NCBI RefSeq assembly: GCF_024502345.1
Contig: NZ_JALDNN010000001.1
DNA: 64,000 nt
Origin: Escherichia coli
Lineage (GTDB): Bacteria; Pseudomonadota; Gammaproteobacteria; Enterobacterales; Enterobacteriaceae
Direction: 5' to 3' (one strand)
Within the stretch, counting starts at the first letter, position 1. Each line of letters starts with the position of its first letter. This document shows, piece by piece, positions 44,359 through 54,490 of the stretch. Under the pieces are notes generated by a model, which did no database searches, was not told the origin of the DNA, and worked only from the letters and a program-made list of their open reading frames with translations. A program made the position numbers and the translations under genes.

Positions 44359-45615
44359 ATGAGTGGACTCAAACAAGAACTGGGGCTGGCCCAGGGCATT
44401 GGCCTGCTATCGACGTCATTATTAGGCACCGGCGTGTTTGCCGTTCCTGCGTTAGCTGCACAGGTAGCAGGCAATAACAGCCTGTGGGCGTGGCCCGTTT
44501 TGATTATCTTAGTGTTCCCGATTGCGATTGTGTTTGCGATTCTGGGTCGCCACTATCCCAGCGCAGGCGGTGTCGCGCACTTCGTCGGTATGGCGTTTGG
44601 TTCGCGGCTTGAGCGAGTCACCGGCTGGTTGTTTTTATCGGTCATTCCCGTGGGTTTGCCTGCCGCGCTACAAATTGCCGCCGGGTTCGGCCAGGCAATG
44701 TTTGGCTGGCATAGCTGGCAACTGTTGTTGGCAGAACTCGGTACGCTGGCGTTGGTGTGGTATATCGGTACTCGCGGTGCCAGTTCCAGTGCAAATCTAC
44801 AAACCGTTATTGCCGGACTTATCGTCGCACTGATTGTCGCTATCTGGTGGGCGGGCGATATCAAACCTGCGAGTATCCCCTTCCCCGCGCCAATAAATAT
44901 CGAACTTACCGGGTTATTTGCTGCGTTATCAGTGATGTTCTGGTGTTTTGTCGGTCTTGAAGCATTTGCCCATCTTGCCTCGGAATTTAAAAATCCAGAA
45001 CGTGATTTTCCTCGTGCTTTGATGATTGGTCTGCTGCTGGCAGGATTAGTCTACTGGGGCTGTACGGTAGTCGTCTTACACTTCGACGCCTATGGTGAAC
45101 AAATGGCGGCGGCAGCATCGCTTCCAAAAATTGTAGTGCAACTGTTCGGAGTAGGAGCGTTATGGATTGCCTGCGTGATTGGCTATCTGGCCTGCTTTGC
45201 CAGTCTCAACATTTATATACAGAGCTTCGCCCGTCTGGTCTGGTCGCAGGCGCAACATAATCCTGACCACTACCTCGCACGCCTCTCTTCTCGCCATATC
45301 CCGAATAATGCCCTCAATGCGGTGCTCGGCTGCTGCGTGGTGAGCACGCTGGTGATTCATGCTTTAGAGATCAATCTGGACGCTCTTATTATTTATGCCA
45401 ATGGCATCTTTATTATGATTTATCTGTTATGCATGCTGGCAGGCTGTAAATTATTGCAAGGACGTTATCGACTACTGGCGGTCGTTGGCGGGCTGTTATG
45501 CGTTCTGTTACTGGCAATGGTCGGCTGGAAAAGTCTCTATGCGCTGCTCATGCTGGCGGGGTTATGGCTGTTTTTGCCAAAACGAAAAACGCCGGAAAAT
45601 GGCATAACCACATAA
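44359..45615 (+). CDS. yjeH: APC-family amino-acid exporter YjeH
   Basis: ORF 44299..45615; start at MSGLKQELGLAQGIGLLSTSLLG (418 aa); polytopic. Confidence 0.85.
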   Translation: MSGLKQELGLAQGIGLLSTSLLGTGVFAVPALAAQVAGNNSLWAWPVLIILVFPIAIVFAILGRHYPSAGGVAHFVGMAFGSRLERVTGWLFLSVIPVGLPAALQIAAGFGQAMFGWHSWQLLLAELGTLALVWYIGTRGASSSANLQTVIAGLIVALIVAIWWAGDIKPASIPFPAPINIELTGLFAALSVMFWCFVGLEAFAHLASEFKNPERDFPRALMIGLLLAGLVYWGCTVVVLHFDAYGEQMAAAASLPKIVVQLFGVGALWIACVIGYLACFASLNIYIQSFARLVWSQAQHNPDHYLARLSSRHIPNNALNAVLGCCVVSTLVIHALEINLDALIIYANGIFIMIYLLCMLAGCKLLQGRYRLLAVVGGLLCVLLLAMVGWKSLYALLMLAGLWLFLPKRKTPENGITT

Positions 45616-45630
45616 TCCGGCGTTTCGACA

Positions 45631-46107
45631 TTAATCCTGGCGATCGTCTTTATGATCAAGGCGGTCGCGGTCATCATCCTTTCGCTGGTACTCACCATCA
45701 AAAGTATTACCGCCACCGGTCCCGGCGCTAAAACCGCCGCCTGGCATACGAGAAAAGCGCAAATGCGGCATCAACTTCACTGTCAGATGCTTTTGCACCG
45801 GCGGCAATAAAAGCAGAAGACCGAGGAAGTCGGTGAAAAAGCCCGGTAATAAAAGCAGCAAACCGGCAATGATCAGCGAAACACTTTTAATCATCTCCGC
45901 CGCTGGGTTTTCACCCGCCGCCATTTTTTGCTGCATCAGCACGAAATTCTTAAAGCCCTGGTTACGTACCAGTGACATACCGATAACTGACGTGAATATA
46001 ACCAGCACGAGGGTCAGCAATACCCCCAATACATGGGCAACCTGAATAAAGATTGAAATCTCAATATAGACATAAAGGAAAATGGCAATAAAAGGTAACC
46101 AGCGCAA
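45631..46107 (-). CDS. fxsA: Inner-membrane protein FxsA
   Basis: 158-aa ORF, synteny upstream of aspA. Confidence 0.85.
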   Translation of the reverse strand: MRWLPFIAIFLYVYIEISIFIQVAHVLGVLLTLVLVIFTSVIGMSLVRNQGFKNFVLMQQKMAAGENPAAEMIKSVSLIIAGLLLLLPGFFTDFLGLLLLLPPVQKHLTVKLMPHLRFSRMPGGGFSAGTGGGNTFDGEYQRKDDDRDRLDHKDDRQD

Positions 46108-46443
46108 AGGTTTCTCCTGTAATAGCAGCCGGTAAAACCCGGCTACCTGAATGGGTTGCGAATCGCGTTCAGCTTATATTGTGGTCATTAGCAAAATTTC
46201 AAGATGTTTGCGCAACTATTTTTGGTAGTAATCCCAAAGCGGTGATCTATTTCACAAATTAATAATTAAGGGGTAAAAACCGACACTTAAAGTGATCCAG
46301 ATTACGGTAGAAATCCTCAAGCAGCATATGATCTCGGGTATTCGGTCGATGCAGGGGATAATCGTCGGTCGAAAAACATTCGAAACCACATATATTCTGT
46401 GTGTTTAAAGCAAATCATTGGCAGCTTGAAAAAGAAGGTTCAC

Positions 46444-47880
46444 ATGTCAAACAACATTCGTATCGAAGAAGATCTGTTGGGTACCAGGGAAGTTCCAGCT
46501 GATGCCTACTATGGTGTTCACACTCTGAGAGCGATTGAAAACTTCTATATCAGCAACAACAAAATCAGTGATATTCCTGAATTTGTTCGCGGTATGGTAA
46601 TGGTTAAAAAAGCCGCAGCTATGGCAAACAAAGAGCTGCAAACCATTCCTAAAAGTGTAGCGAATGCCATCATTGCCGCATGTGATGAAGTCCTGAACAA
46701 CGGAAAATGCATGGATCAGTTCCCGGTAGACGTCTACCAGGGCGGCGCAGGTACTTCCGTAAACATGAACACCAACGAAGTGCTGGCCAATATCGGTCTG
46801 GAACTGATGGGTCACCAGAAAGGTGAATATCAGTACCTGAACCCGAACGACCATGTTAACAAATGTCAGTCCACTAACGACGCCTACCCGACCGGTTTCC
46901 GTATCGCAGTTTACTCTTCCCTGATTAAGCTGGTAGATGCGATTAACCAACTGCGTGAAGGCTTTGAACGTAAAGCTGTCGAATTCCAGGACATCCTGAA
47001 AATGGGGCGTACCCAGCTGCAGGACGCAGTACCGATGACCCTCGGTCAGGAATTCCGCGCTTTCAGCATCCTGCTGAAAGAAGAAGTGAAAAACATCCAA
47101 CGTACCGCTGAACTGCTGCTGGAAGTTAACCTTGGCGCAACAGCAATCGGTACTGGTCTGAACACGCCGAAAGAGTACTCTCCGCTGGCAGTGAAAAAAC
47201 TGGCTGAAGTTACTGGCTTCCCATGCGTACCGGCTGAAGACCTGATCGAAGCGACCTCTGACTGCGGCGCTTATGTTATGGTTCACGGCGCGCTGAAACG
47301 CCTGGCTGTGAAGATGTCCAAAATCTGTAACGACCTGCGCTTGCTCTCTTCTGGTCCACGTGCCGGCCTGAACGAGATCAACCTGCCGGAACTGCAGGCG
47401 GGCTCTTCCATCATGCCAGCTAAAGTAAACCCGGTTGTTCCGGAAGTGGTTAACCAGGTATGCTTCAAAGTCATCGGTAACGACACCACTGTTACCATGG
47501 CAGCAGAAGCAGGTCAACTGCAGTTGAACGTTATGGAGCCGGTCATTGGCCAGGCTATGTTCGAATCCGTTCACATTCTGACCAACGCTTGCTACAACCT
47601 GCTGGAAAAATGCATTAACGGCATCACTGCTAACAAAGAAGTGTGCGAAGGTTACGTTTACAACTCTATCGGTATCGTTACTTACCTGAACCCGTTCATC
47701 GGTCACCACAACGGTGACATCGTGGGTAAAATCTGTGCCGAAACCGGTAAGAGTGTACGTGAAGTCGTTCTGGAACGCGGTCTGTTGACTGAAGCGGAAC
47801 TTGACGATATTTTCTCCGTACAGAATCTGATGCACCCGGCTTACAAAGCAAAACGCTATACTGATGAAAGCGAACAGTAA
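46444..47880 (+). CDS. aspA: Aspartate ammonia-lyase
   Basis: ORF 46399..47880; start at [24 protein letters not shown] (478 aa); fumarase/aspartase GSSxMPxKxN motif. Confidence 0.95.
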
Positions 47881-47906
47881 TCGTACAGGGTAGTACAAAT
47901 AAAAAA

Positions 47907-47933
47907 GGCACGTCAGATGACGTGCCTTTTTTC
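47907..47933 (+). terminator. aspA rho-independent terminator
   Basis: Hairpin ggcacgtcagatgacgtgcc followed by ttttttc. Confidence 0.75.
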
Positions 47934-47997
47934 TTGTGAGCAGTAACTTAAAAATAACAATCTAATATCAACTTGTTAAAAAACAAGGAAGGCTAAT

Positions 47998-49299
47998 ATG
48001 CTAGTTGTAGAACTCATCATAGTTTTGCTGGCGATCTTCTTGGGCGCCAGATTGGGGGGAATAGGTATTGGTTTTGCAGGCGGATTGGGGGTGCTGGTTC
48101 TTGCCGCTATTGGCGTTAAACCCGGTAACATCCCGTTCGATGTCATTTCCATTATCATGGCGGTTATCGCCGCTATTTCTGCCATGCAGGTTGCTGGCGG
48201 TCTGGACTATCTGGTTCATCAGACAGAAAAGCTGCTGCGCCGTAACCCGAAATACATCACGATCCTCGCACCGATCGTGACCTATTTCCTGACTATCTTT
48301 GCTGGTACTGGCAACATCTCTCTGGCGACACTGCCAGTTATCGCTGAAGTTGCGAAGGAACAAGGCGTTAAACCTTGCCGTCCGCTGTCTACTGCAGTGG
48401 TATCCGCGCAGATTGCGATCACCGCATCGCCAATCTCAGCGGCAGTGGTTTACATGTCTTCCGTGATGGAAGGTCATGGCATCAGCTACCTCCATCTGCT
48501 CTCCGTGGTCATCCCGTCCACCCTGCTGGCGGTTCTGGTGATGTCCTTCCTGGTCACTATGCTGTTCAACTCCAAACTCTCTGACGATCCGATTTATCGC
48601 AAGCGTCTGGAAGAGGGCCTGGTTGAACTGCGCGGTGAAAAGCAGATTGAAATCAAATCCGGTGCAAAAACGTCCGTCTGGCTGTTCCTGCTGGGCGTAG
48701 TTGGCGTGGTTATCTATGCAATCATCAACAGCCCAAGCATGGGTCTGGTTGAAAAACCGCTGATGAACACCACCAACGCAATCCTGATCATCATGCTCAG
48801 CGTTGCAACTCTGACCACTGTTATCTGTAAAGTTGATACCGACAACATCCTCAACTCCAGCACCTTCAAAGCAGGTATGAGCGCCTGTATTTGTATCCTG
48901 GGTGTTGCGTGGCTGGGCGATACTTTCGTTTCCAACAACATCGACTGGATCAAAGATACCGCTGGTGAAGTGATTCAGGGTCATCCGTGGCTGCTGGCCG
49001 TCATCTTCTTCTTTGCTTCTGCTCTGCTGTACTCTCAGGCTGCAACCGCAAAAGCACTGATGCCGATGGCTCTGGCACTGAACGTTTCTCCGCTGACCGC
49101 TGTTGCTTCTTTCGCTGCGGTGTCTGGTCTGTTCATTCTGCCGACCTACCCGACGCTGGTTGCTGCGGTACAGATGGATGACACGGGTACTACCCGTATC
49201 GGTAAATTCGTCTTCAACCATCCGTTCTTCATCCCGGGTACTCTGGGTGTTGCCCTGGCCGTTTGCTTCGGCTTCGTGCTGGGTAGCTTCATGCTGTAA
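47998..49299 (+). CDS. dcuA: Anaerobic C4-dicarboxylate transporter DcuA
   Basis: 433-aa polytopic ORF downstream of aspA. Confidence 0.95.
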   Translation: MLVVELIIVLLAIFLGARLGGIGIGFAGGLGVLVLAAIGVKPGNIPFDVISIIMAVIAAISAMQVAGGLDYLVHQTEKLLRRNPKYITILAPIVTYFLTIFAGTGNISLATLPVIAEVAKEQGVKPCRPLSTAVVSAQIAITASPISAAVVYMSSVMEGHGISYLHLLSVVIPSTLLAVLVMSFLVTMLFNSKLSDDPIYRKRLEEGLVELRGEKQIEIKSGAKTSVWLFLLGVVGVVIYAIINSPSMGLVEKPLMNTTNAILIIMLSVATLTTVICKVDTDNILNSSTFKAGMSACICILGVAWLGDTFVSNNIDWIKDTAGEVIQGHPWLLAVIFFFASALLYSQAATAKALMPMALALNVSPLTAVASFAAVSGLFILPTYPTLVAAVQMDDTGTTRIGKFVFNHPFFIPGTLGVALAVCFGFVLGSFML

Positions 49300-49308
49300 T
49301 GACCAATC

Positions 49309-49335
49309 GCGGGGCGTTCACGCCCCGCTTTCTTT
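49309..49335 (+). terminator. dcuA rho-independent terminator
   Basis: Hairpin gcggggcgttcacgccccgc followed by tttcttt. Confidence 0.75.
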
Positions 49336-49414
49336 CCCGCCGACTAACATCCTTCCCCCGTCCGTTGTATAGTGACCTCTCTCTTGCGGTTCCATCTGTT
49401 CTTGCGAGGTGTTT

Positions 49415-49753
49415 ATGCTTGATGAAAAAAGTTCGAATACCGCGTCTGTCGTGGTGCTATGTACCGCACCGGATGAAGCGACAGCCCAGGATTTAGCCGC
49501 CAAAGTGCTGGCGGAAAAACTGGCGGCCTGCGCGACCTTGATCCCCGGCGCTACCTCTCTCTATTACTGGGAAGGTAAGCTGGAGCAAGAATACGAAGTG
49601 CAGATGATTTTAAAAACTACCGTATCTCACCAGCAGGCACTGCTGGAATGCCTGAAGTCTCATCATCCATATCAAACCCCGGAACTTCTGGTTTTACCTG
49701 TTACACACGGAGACACAGATTACCTCTCATGGCTCAACGCATCTTTACGCTGA
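49415..49753 (+). CDS. cutA: Divalent-cation tolerance protein CutA
   Basis: ORF 49409..49753; start at [21 protein letters not shown] (112 aa). Confidence 0.9.
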
Positions 49754-51426
49754 TCCTGCTACTTTGCAGCACTTCCGTTTTTGCCGGATTATTCGACGCG
49801 CCGGGACGTTCACAATTTGTCCCCGCGGATCAAGCCTTTGCTTTTGATTTTCAGCAAAACCAACATGACCTGAATCTGACCTGGCAGATCAAAGACGGTT
49901 ACTACCTCTACCGTAAACAGATCCGCATTACGCCGGAACACGCGAAAATTGCCGACGTGCAGCTGCCGCAAGGCGTCTGGCATGAAGATGAGTTTTACGG
50001 CAAAAGCGAGATTTACCGCGATCGGCTGACGCTTCCCGTAACCATCAACCAGGCGAGTGCGGGAGCGACGTTAACTGTCACCTACCAGGGCTGTGCTGAT
50101 GCCGGTTTCTGTTATCCGCCAGAAACCAAAACCGTTCCGTTAAGCGAAGTGGTCGCCAACAACGCAGCGCCACAGCCTGTGTCTGTTCCGCAGCAAGAGC
50201 AGCCCACCGCGCAATTGCCCTTTTCCGCGCTCTGGGCGTTGTTGATCGGTATTGGTATCGCCTTTACGCCATGCGTGCTGCCAATGTACCCACTGATTTC
50301 TGGCATCGTGCTGGGCGGTAAACAGCGGCTCTCCACTGCCAGAGCATTGTTGCTGACCTTTATTTATGTGCAGGGGATGGCGCTGACCTACACGGCGCTG
50401 GGTCTGGTGGTTGCCGCCGCAGGGTTACAGTTCCAGGCGGCGCTACAGCACCCATACGTGCTCATTGGCCTCGCTATCGTCTTTACCTTGCTGGCGATGT
50501 CAATGTTTGGCTTGTTTACTCTACAACTCCCCTCCTCGCTGCAAACGCGCCTCACGCTGATGAGCAATCGCCAACAGGGCAGCTCACCCGGCGGAGTGTT
50601 TATTATGGGGGCGATTGCCGGACTGATCTGTTCACCATGCACCACCGCACCGCTTAGCGCGATTCTGCTGTATATCGCCCAAAGCGGGAACATGTGGCTG
50701 GGCGGCGGCACGCTTTATCTCTATGCGTTGGGCATGGGCCTGCCGCTGATGCTAATTACCGTCTTTGGTAACCGCTTGCTGCCGAAAAGCGGCCCGTGGA
50801 TGGAACAAGTCAAAACCGCGTTTGGTTTTGTGATCCTCGCACTGCCGGTCTTCCTGCTGGAGCGAGTGATTGGTGATATATGGGGATTACGCTTGTGGTC
50901 GGCGCTGGGTGTCGCATTCTTTGGCTGGGCCTTTATCACCAGCCTACAGGCCAAACGCGGCTGGATGCGCGTGATGCAAATAATCCTGCTGGCAGCGGCA
51001 TTGGTTAGCGTGCGCCCACTTCAGGATTGGGCATTTGGTGCGACGCATACCGCGCAAACTCAGACGCATCTCAACTTTACACAAATCAAAACGGTAGATG
51101 AGTTAAATCAGGCGCTCGTTGAAGCCAAAGGCAAATCGGTGATGTTAGATCTTTATGCCGACTGGTGCGTCGCCTGTAAAGAGTTTGAGAAATACACCTT
51201 CAGCGACCCGCAGGTGCAAAAAGCGTTAGCAGACACGGTCTTACTTCAGGCCAACGTCACGGCCAACGACGCACAAGATGTGGCGCTGTTAAAGCATCTT
51301 AATGTCCTTGGCCTACCGACAATTCTCTTTTTTGACGGACAAGGCCAGGAGCATCCACAAGCACGCGTCACGGGCTTTATGGATGCTGAAACCTTCAGCG
51401 CACATTTGCGCGATCGCCAACCGTGA
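49729..51426 (+). CDS. dsbD: Thiol:disulfide interchange protein DsbD
   Basis: ORF 49648..51426; start at [19 protein letters not shown] (565 aa); C-terminal thioredoxin CVAC motif; overlaps cutA 3' end. Confidence 0.9.
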
Positions 51427-51462
51427 ACGACACTTGCAGTGGGAAAGACGGAGGAAAATAGC

Positions 51463-52038
51463 GTGCAACGTGAAGATGTACTGGGAGAAGCCCTGAAATT
51501 ATTAGAATTACAAGGGATTGCCAACACCACGCTGGAGATGGTTGCTGAACGTGTGGATTATCCACTGGACGAGCTGCGCCGCTTCTGGCCAGACAAAGAG
51601 GCAATCCTCTACGATGCGCTGCGTTATCTTAGCCAACAGATAGATGTCTGGCGTCGTCAGCTGATGCTGGACGAAACGCAAACCGCCGAACAAAAGCTGC
51701 TGGCACGTTATCAGGCGTTATCGGAGTGCGTTAAAAACAACCGCTATCCGGGCTGTCTATTTATCGCTGCCTGTACGTTTTATCCCGATCCTGGCCACCC
51801 TATTCATCAACTGGCCGATCAGCAAAAAAGCGCGGCCTACGATTTCACCCACGAACTGTTAACCACGCTGGAAGTTGACGATCCGGCGATGGTAGCAAAG
51901 CAGATGGAACTGGTGCTGGAAGGATGCCTGAGCCGGATGCTGGTGAATCGTAGCCAGGCGGATGTCGACACTGCACATCGGCTGGCGGAAGATATCCTGC
52001 GCTTCGCCCGCTGCCGCCAGGGTGGCGCATTGACCTGA
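51463..52038 (+). CDS. yjdC: TetR-family transcriptional regulator YjdC
   Basis: ORF 51439..52038; canonical 191-aa product from the GTG at 51463 ([30 protein letters not shown]). Confidence 0.8.
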
Positions 52039-52144
52039 CAGAAACACAGAAAAGAAGCGATTTGCCGCAATCTTAAGCAGTTGAATCGCTTTTACTGAAA
52101 TTAGGTTGACGAGATGTGCAGATTACGGTTTAATGCGCCCCGTT

Positions 52145-52220
52145 GCCCGGATAGCTCAGTCGGTAGAGCAGGGGATTGAAAATCCCCGTGTCCTTGGTTC
52201 GATTCCGAGTCCGGGCACCA
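52145..52220 (+). tRNA. pheU: tRNA-Phe (GAA)
   Basis: GCCCGGATAGCTCAGTCGGTAGAGCAGGGGATTGAAAATCCCCGTGTCCTTGGTTCGATTCCGAGTCCGGGCACCA, 76 nt with GAA anticodon. Confidence 0.95.
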
Positions 52221-53071
52221 ATATTCATAAGGCCTCGCTGCAAAGCGGGGCTTTTTCCTTTTCTGGCTACGGTAGATTTCTGGTCGTTGCGGCACGTTAT
52301 TTGTTTGCTGGATTTCTCGCCATTTTCGCAGTTGTTCGTTACTTTTAGACACCTCAACATCCTTTGATGTACCTTTTCCTAACCTCACAGCTACGGTCTT
52401 TCTACGGTCCTCTACGATTCCTTTCTCTCAGAGCATTCATAATAAAGTAGAAAATACGGGGAAAACGGGGGAATTATCATTTCGCCCTAATCCGCAGGTC
52501 TTAACGTGATTTTGTCGCGGGGAATAAGGTGGGGAAATCCCCAATAGCAAGCGGGGAAATCTGGCAGCATACCCCCTCCACCATTCACATGGGGATCTTC
52601 ACCAGTCCGTCCACCTACAACAAGCTCTTCTTGCCCTTTCACTTCTTACCGTTTTCAGAATCCCCCGTTCTCCACGCCATCATAAAATGATTTATCCGTA
52701 AGCTTAACGTAATGGACTGTTGAACCTGAGTGTCCGCTGTGAGCGAAAAGCGGAACTTCTCACATAGGTAATGAAGCGTTTCCTAACGTCAGGGTGTACT
52801 AATCAACGAAGAGCAGGTCAGAGGACTCGAACCGCTTTCCTCTTCCATCTACGTAGAATTCCAAGAATTTATGTGCTTTCCAGTTACAATTTAGCCATGC
52901 TAAGTTAGAAAAAGCATTGAGTACCTTAGGATTGTATCGATGATACTCTAAGGATCTTGGAGGCTTGTGAGGCGTAAGGTTCAAAGCCAATAGTTTATTA
53001 ATAGTCACACAAGTGGCTCTATTTTTCGCCTACAAACCTATATTTTTCATACAAATAAAAGAAGTGTATTT

Positions 53072-54490
53072 ATGAATACTCAGCAAATTAAGGTTGGCAG
53101 TGTACCTGAAATTATTGAGCTATTACCAAACTCTAGCGAGCAGGCTGATTCTCATCCTTTCATCCTATCGGCAAACAGTGCATGGGGTGAACAGGGAGCA
53201 GAAATATCAATAGAGAGATTACGCCAAAATATCGAGCCTTGGCTAACAGCTCTCTTCCAATCCGAACATTTAAATTTATTGATAGGTGCGGGTTTAAGCA
53301 CGTCTATTCAAATATCGGCTACAGATTCACCTCCAGCTGGAATGGGTTGGATCAGCGATCTAGCCGTATGTAAAAGTGAAATAGATGCATTTTCTACTCT
53401 GGCTGCCAAAGCTGCAGGTCGCGATAACGGAAATATAGAAGATCAAATTAGAGCTATTAATGAACTTATTAAAGGGCTTGAAATTCTGACAGTGTTGAAT
53501 ACCCCTCAACCTGAAAATCCTCCAGCTCCTCATGCTGCTTATAGAAATCTAAAAACGGATTTAGAAATACTCAAGGGAGAGCTTTCTCGCTGCCTAGGTG
53601 AGTTTTCAAGATCTGTGAGTGCCGGAGAATACTTGATTAAAACTGCTGAACCAAAGCGTAAAGAGGAAACTTTCAACTATCTAGTTAGTTTCTTGATGAG
53701 CTTTGCAAGTAGGACCGCTACTCGCGATAGGTTGCATATTTTTACAACAAACTATGATCGCATTATTGAAGTAGGTGCTGAGCTTGCTGGTTTGAGACTT
53801 ATAGATCGCTTTGTAGGAAGTATCGCTCCAGTGTTTCGATCTTCAAGATTGGAGGTTGATTATCACTATAATCCTCCAGGAATTCGTGGCGAACCAAGAT
53901 ATTTAGAAGGCGTAGCGCGTTTTACTAAGCTTCATGGATCCCTTGATTGGCATGAACAAAATAGCGCGATTAGGCGCTTTGGTTTACCTTTTGGAGCACG
54001 TTCTGTTGAACCTTTTTTAGAAGCTGAAGGCCATCAAAGCAACAGCTTTGAACAACTTATGATTTACCCTAACTCAGTAAAAGATAGAGAAACTGCCGAG
54101 TACCCTTATGTTGAGCTATTTCGAGATCTAGCCGCAGCAACTAGCCGCCCAAATAGCACATTAGTCACCTATGGCTATAGCTTTGGTGATGAGCATATCA
54201 ACAGGGTAATTGAAGACATGCTTACAGTGCCTTCGACTCATGTAGTCATAATTGCCTTCGGAGATCCGCTTGGAAGAATCATAAATTTCATTAATAAGAG
54301 TGGAAGAAAAGCACAGATCACCCTATTAATGGGAGACCATTTAGGAGACCTCAAGACTTTAGTTGATAACTATTTACCTAAACCAGCTATTGATAAAGCA
54401 TCAATAAAAATGACTGAATTGCTTAAGCAAAGAGGATTTATCCAGCCCAAAGAATTAGGTAATTCAACTGGCTCCGAGGTATCACAATGA
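53072..54490 (+). CDS. SIR2-like NAD-binding protein (candidate NADase effector of a SIR2-HerA defence pair)
   Basis: 472-aa ORF with Rossmann GAGxS (LLIGAGLSTS), a sirtuin TQNID-like motif (FTTNYDRIIE) and a catalytic-His motif (FTKLHGSLDWHE); AT-rich. Confidence 0.7.
   Translation: MNTQQIKVGSVPEIIELLPNSSEQADSHPFILSANSAWGEQGAEISIERLRQNIEPWLTALFQSEHLNLLIGAGLSTSIQISATDSPPAGMGWISDLAVCKSEIDAFSTLAAKAAGRDNGNIEDQIRAINELIKGLEILTVLNTPQPENPPAPHAAYRNLKTDLEILKGELSRCLGEFSRSVSAGEYLIKTAEPKRKEETFNYLVSFLMSFASRTATRDRLHIFTTNYDRIIEVGAELAGLRLIDRFVGSIAPVFRSSRLEVDYHYNPPGIRGEPRYLEGVARFTKLHGSLDWHEQNSAIRRFGLPFGARSVEPFLEAEGHQSNSFEQLMIYPNSVKDRETAEYPYVELFRDLAAATSRPNSTLVTYGYSFGDEHINRVIEDMLTVPSTHVVIIAFGDPLGRIINFINKSGRKAQITLLMGDHLGDLKTLVDNYLPKPAIDKASIKMTELLKQRGFIQPKELGNSTGSEVSQ

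Noticed and set aside
52101-52388. Short ORFs on both strands overlapping tRNA-Phe
   Set aside because: They overlap the tRNA gene and its flank and are explained by the tRNA; no coding evidence.
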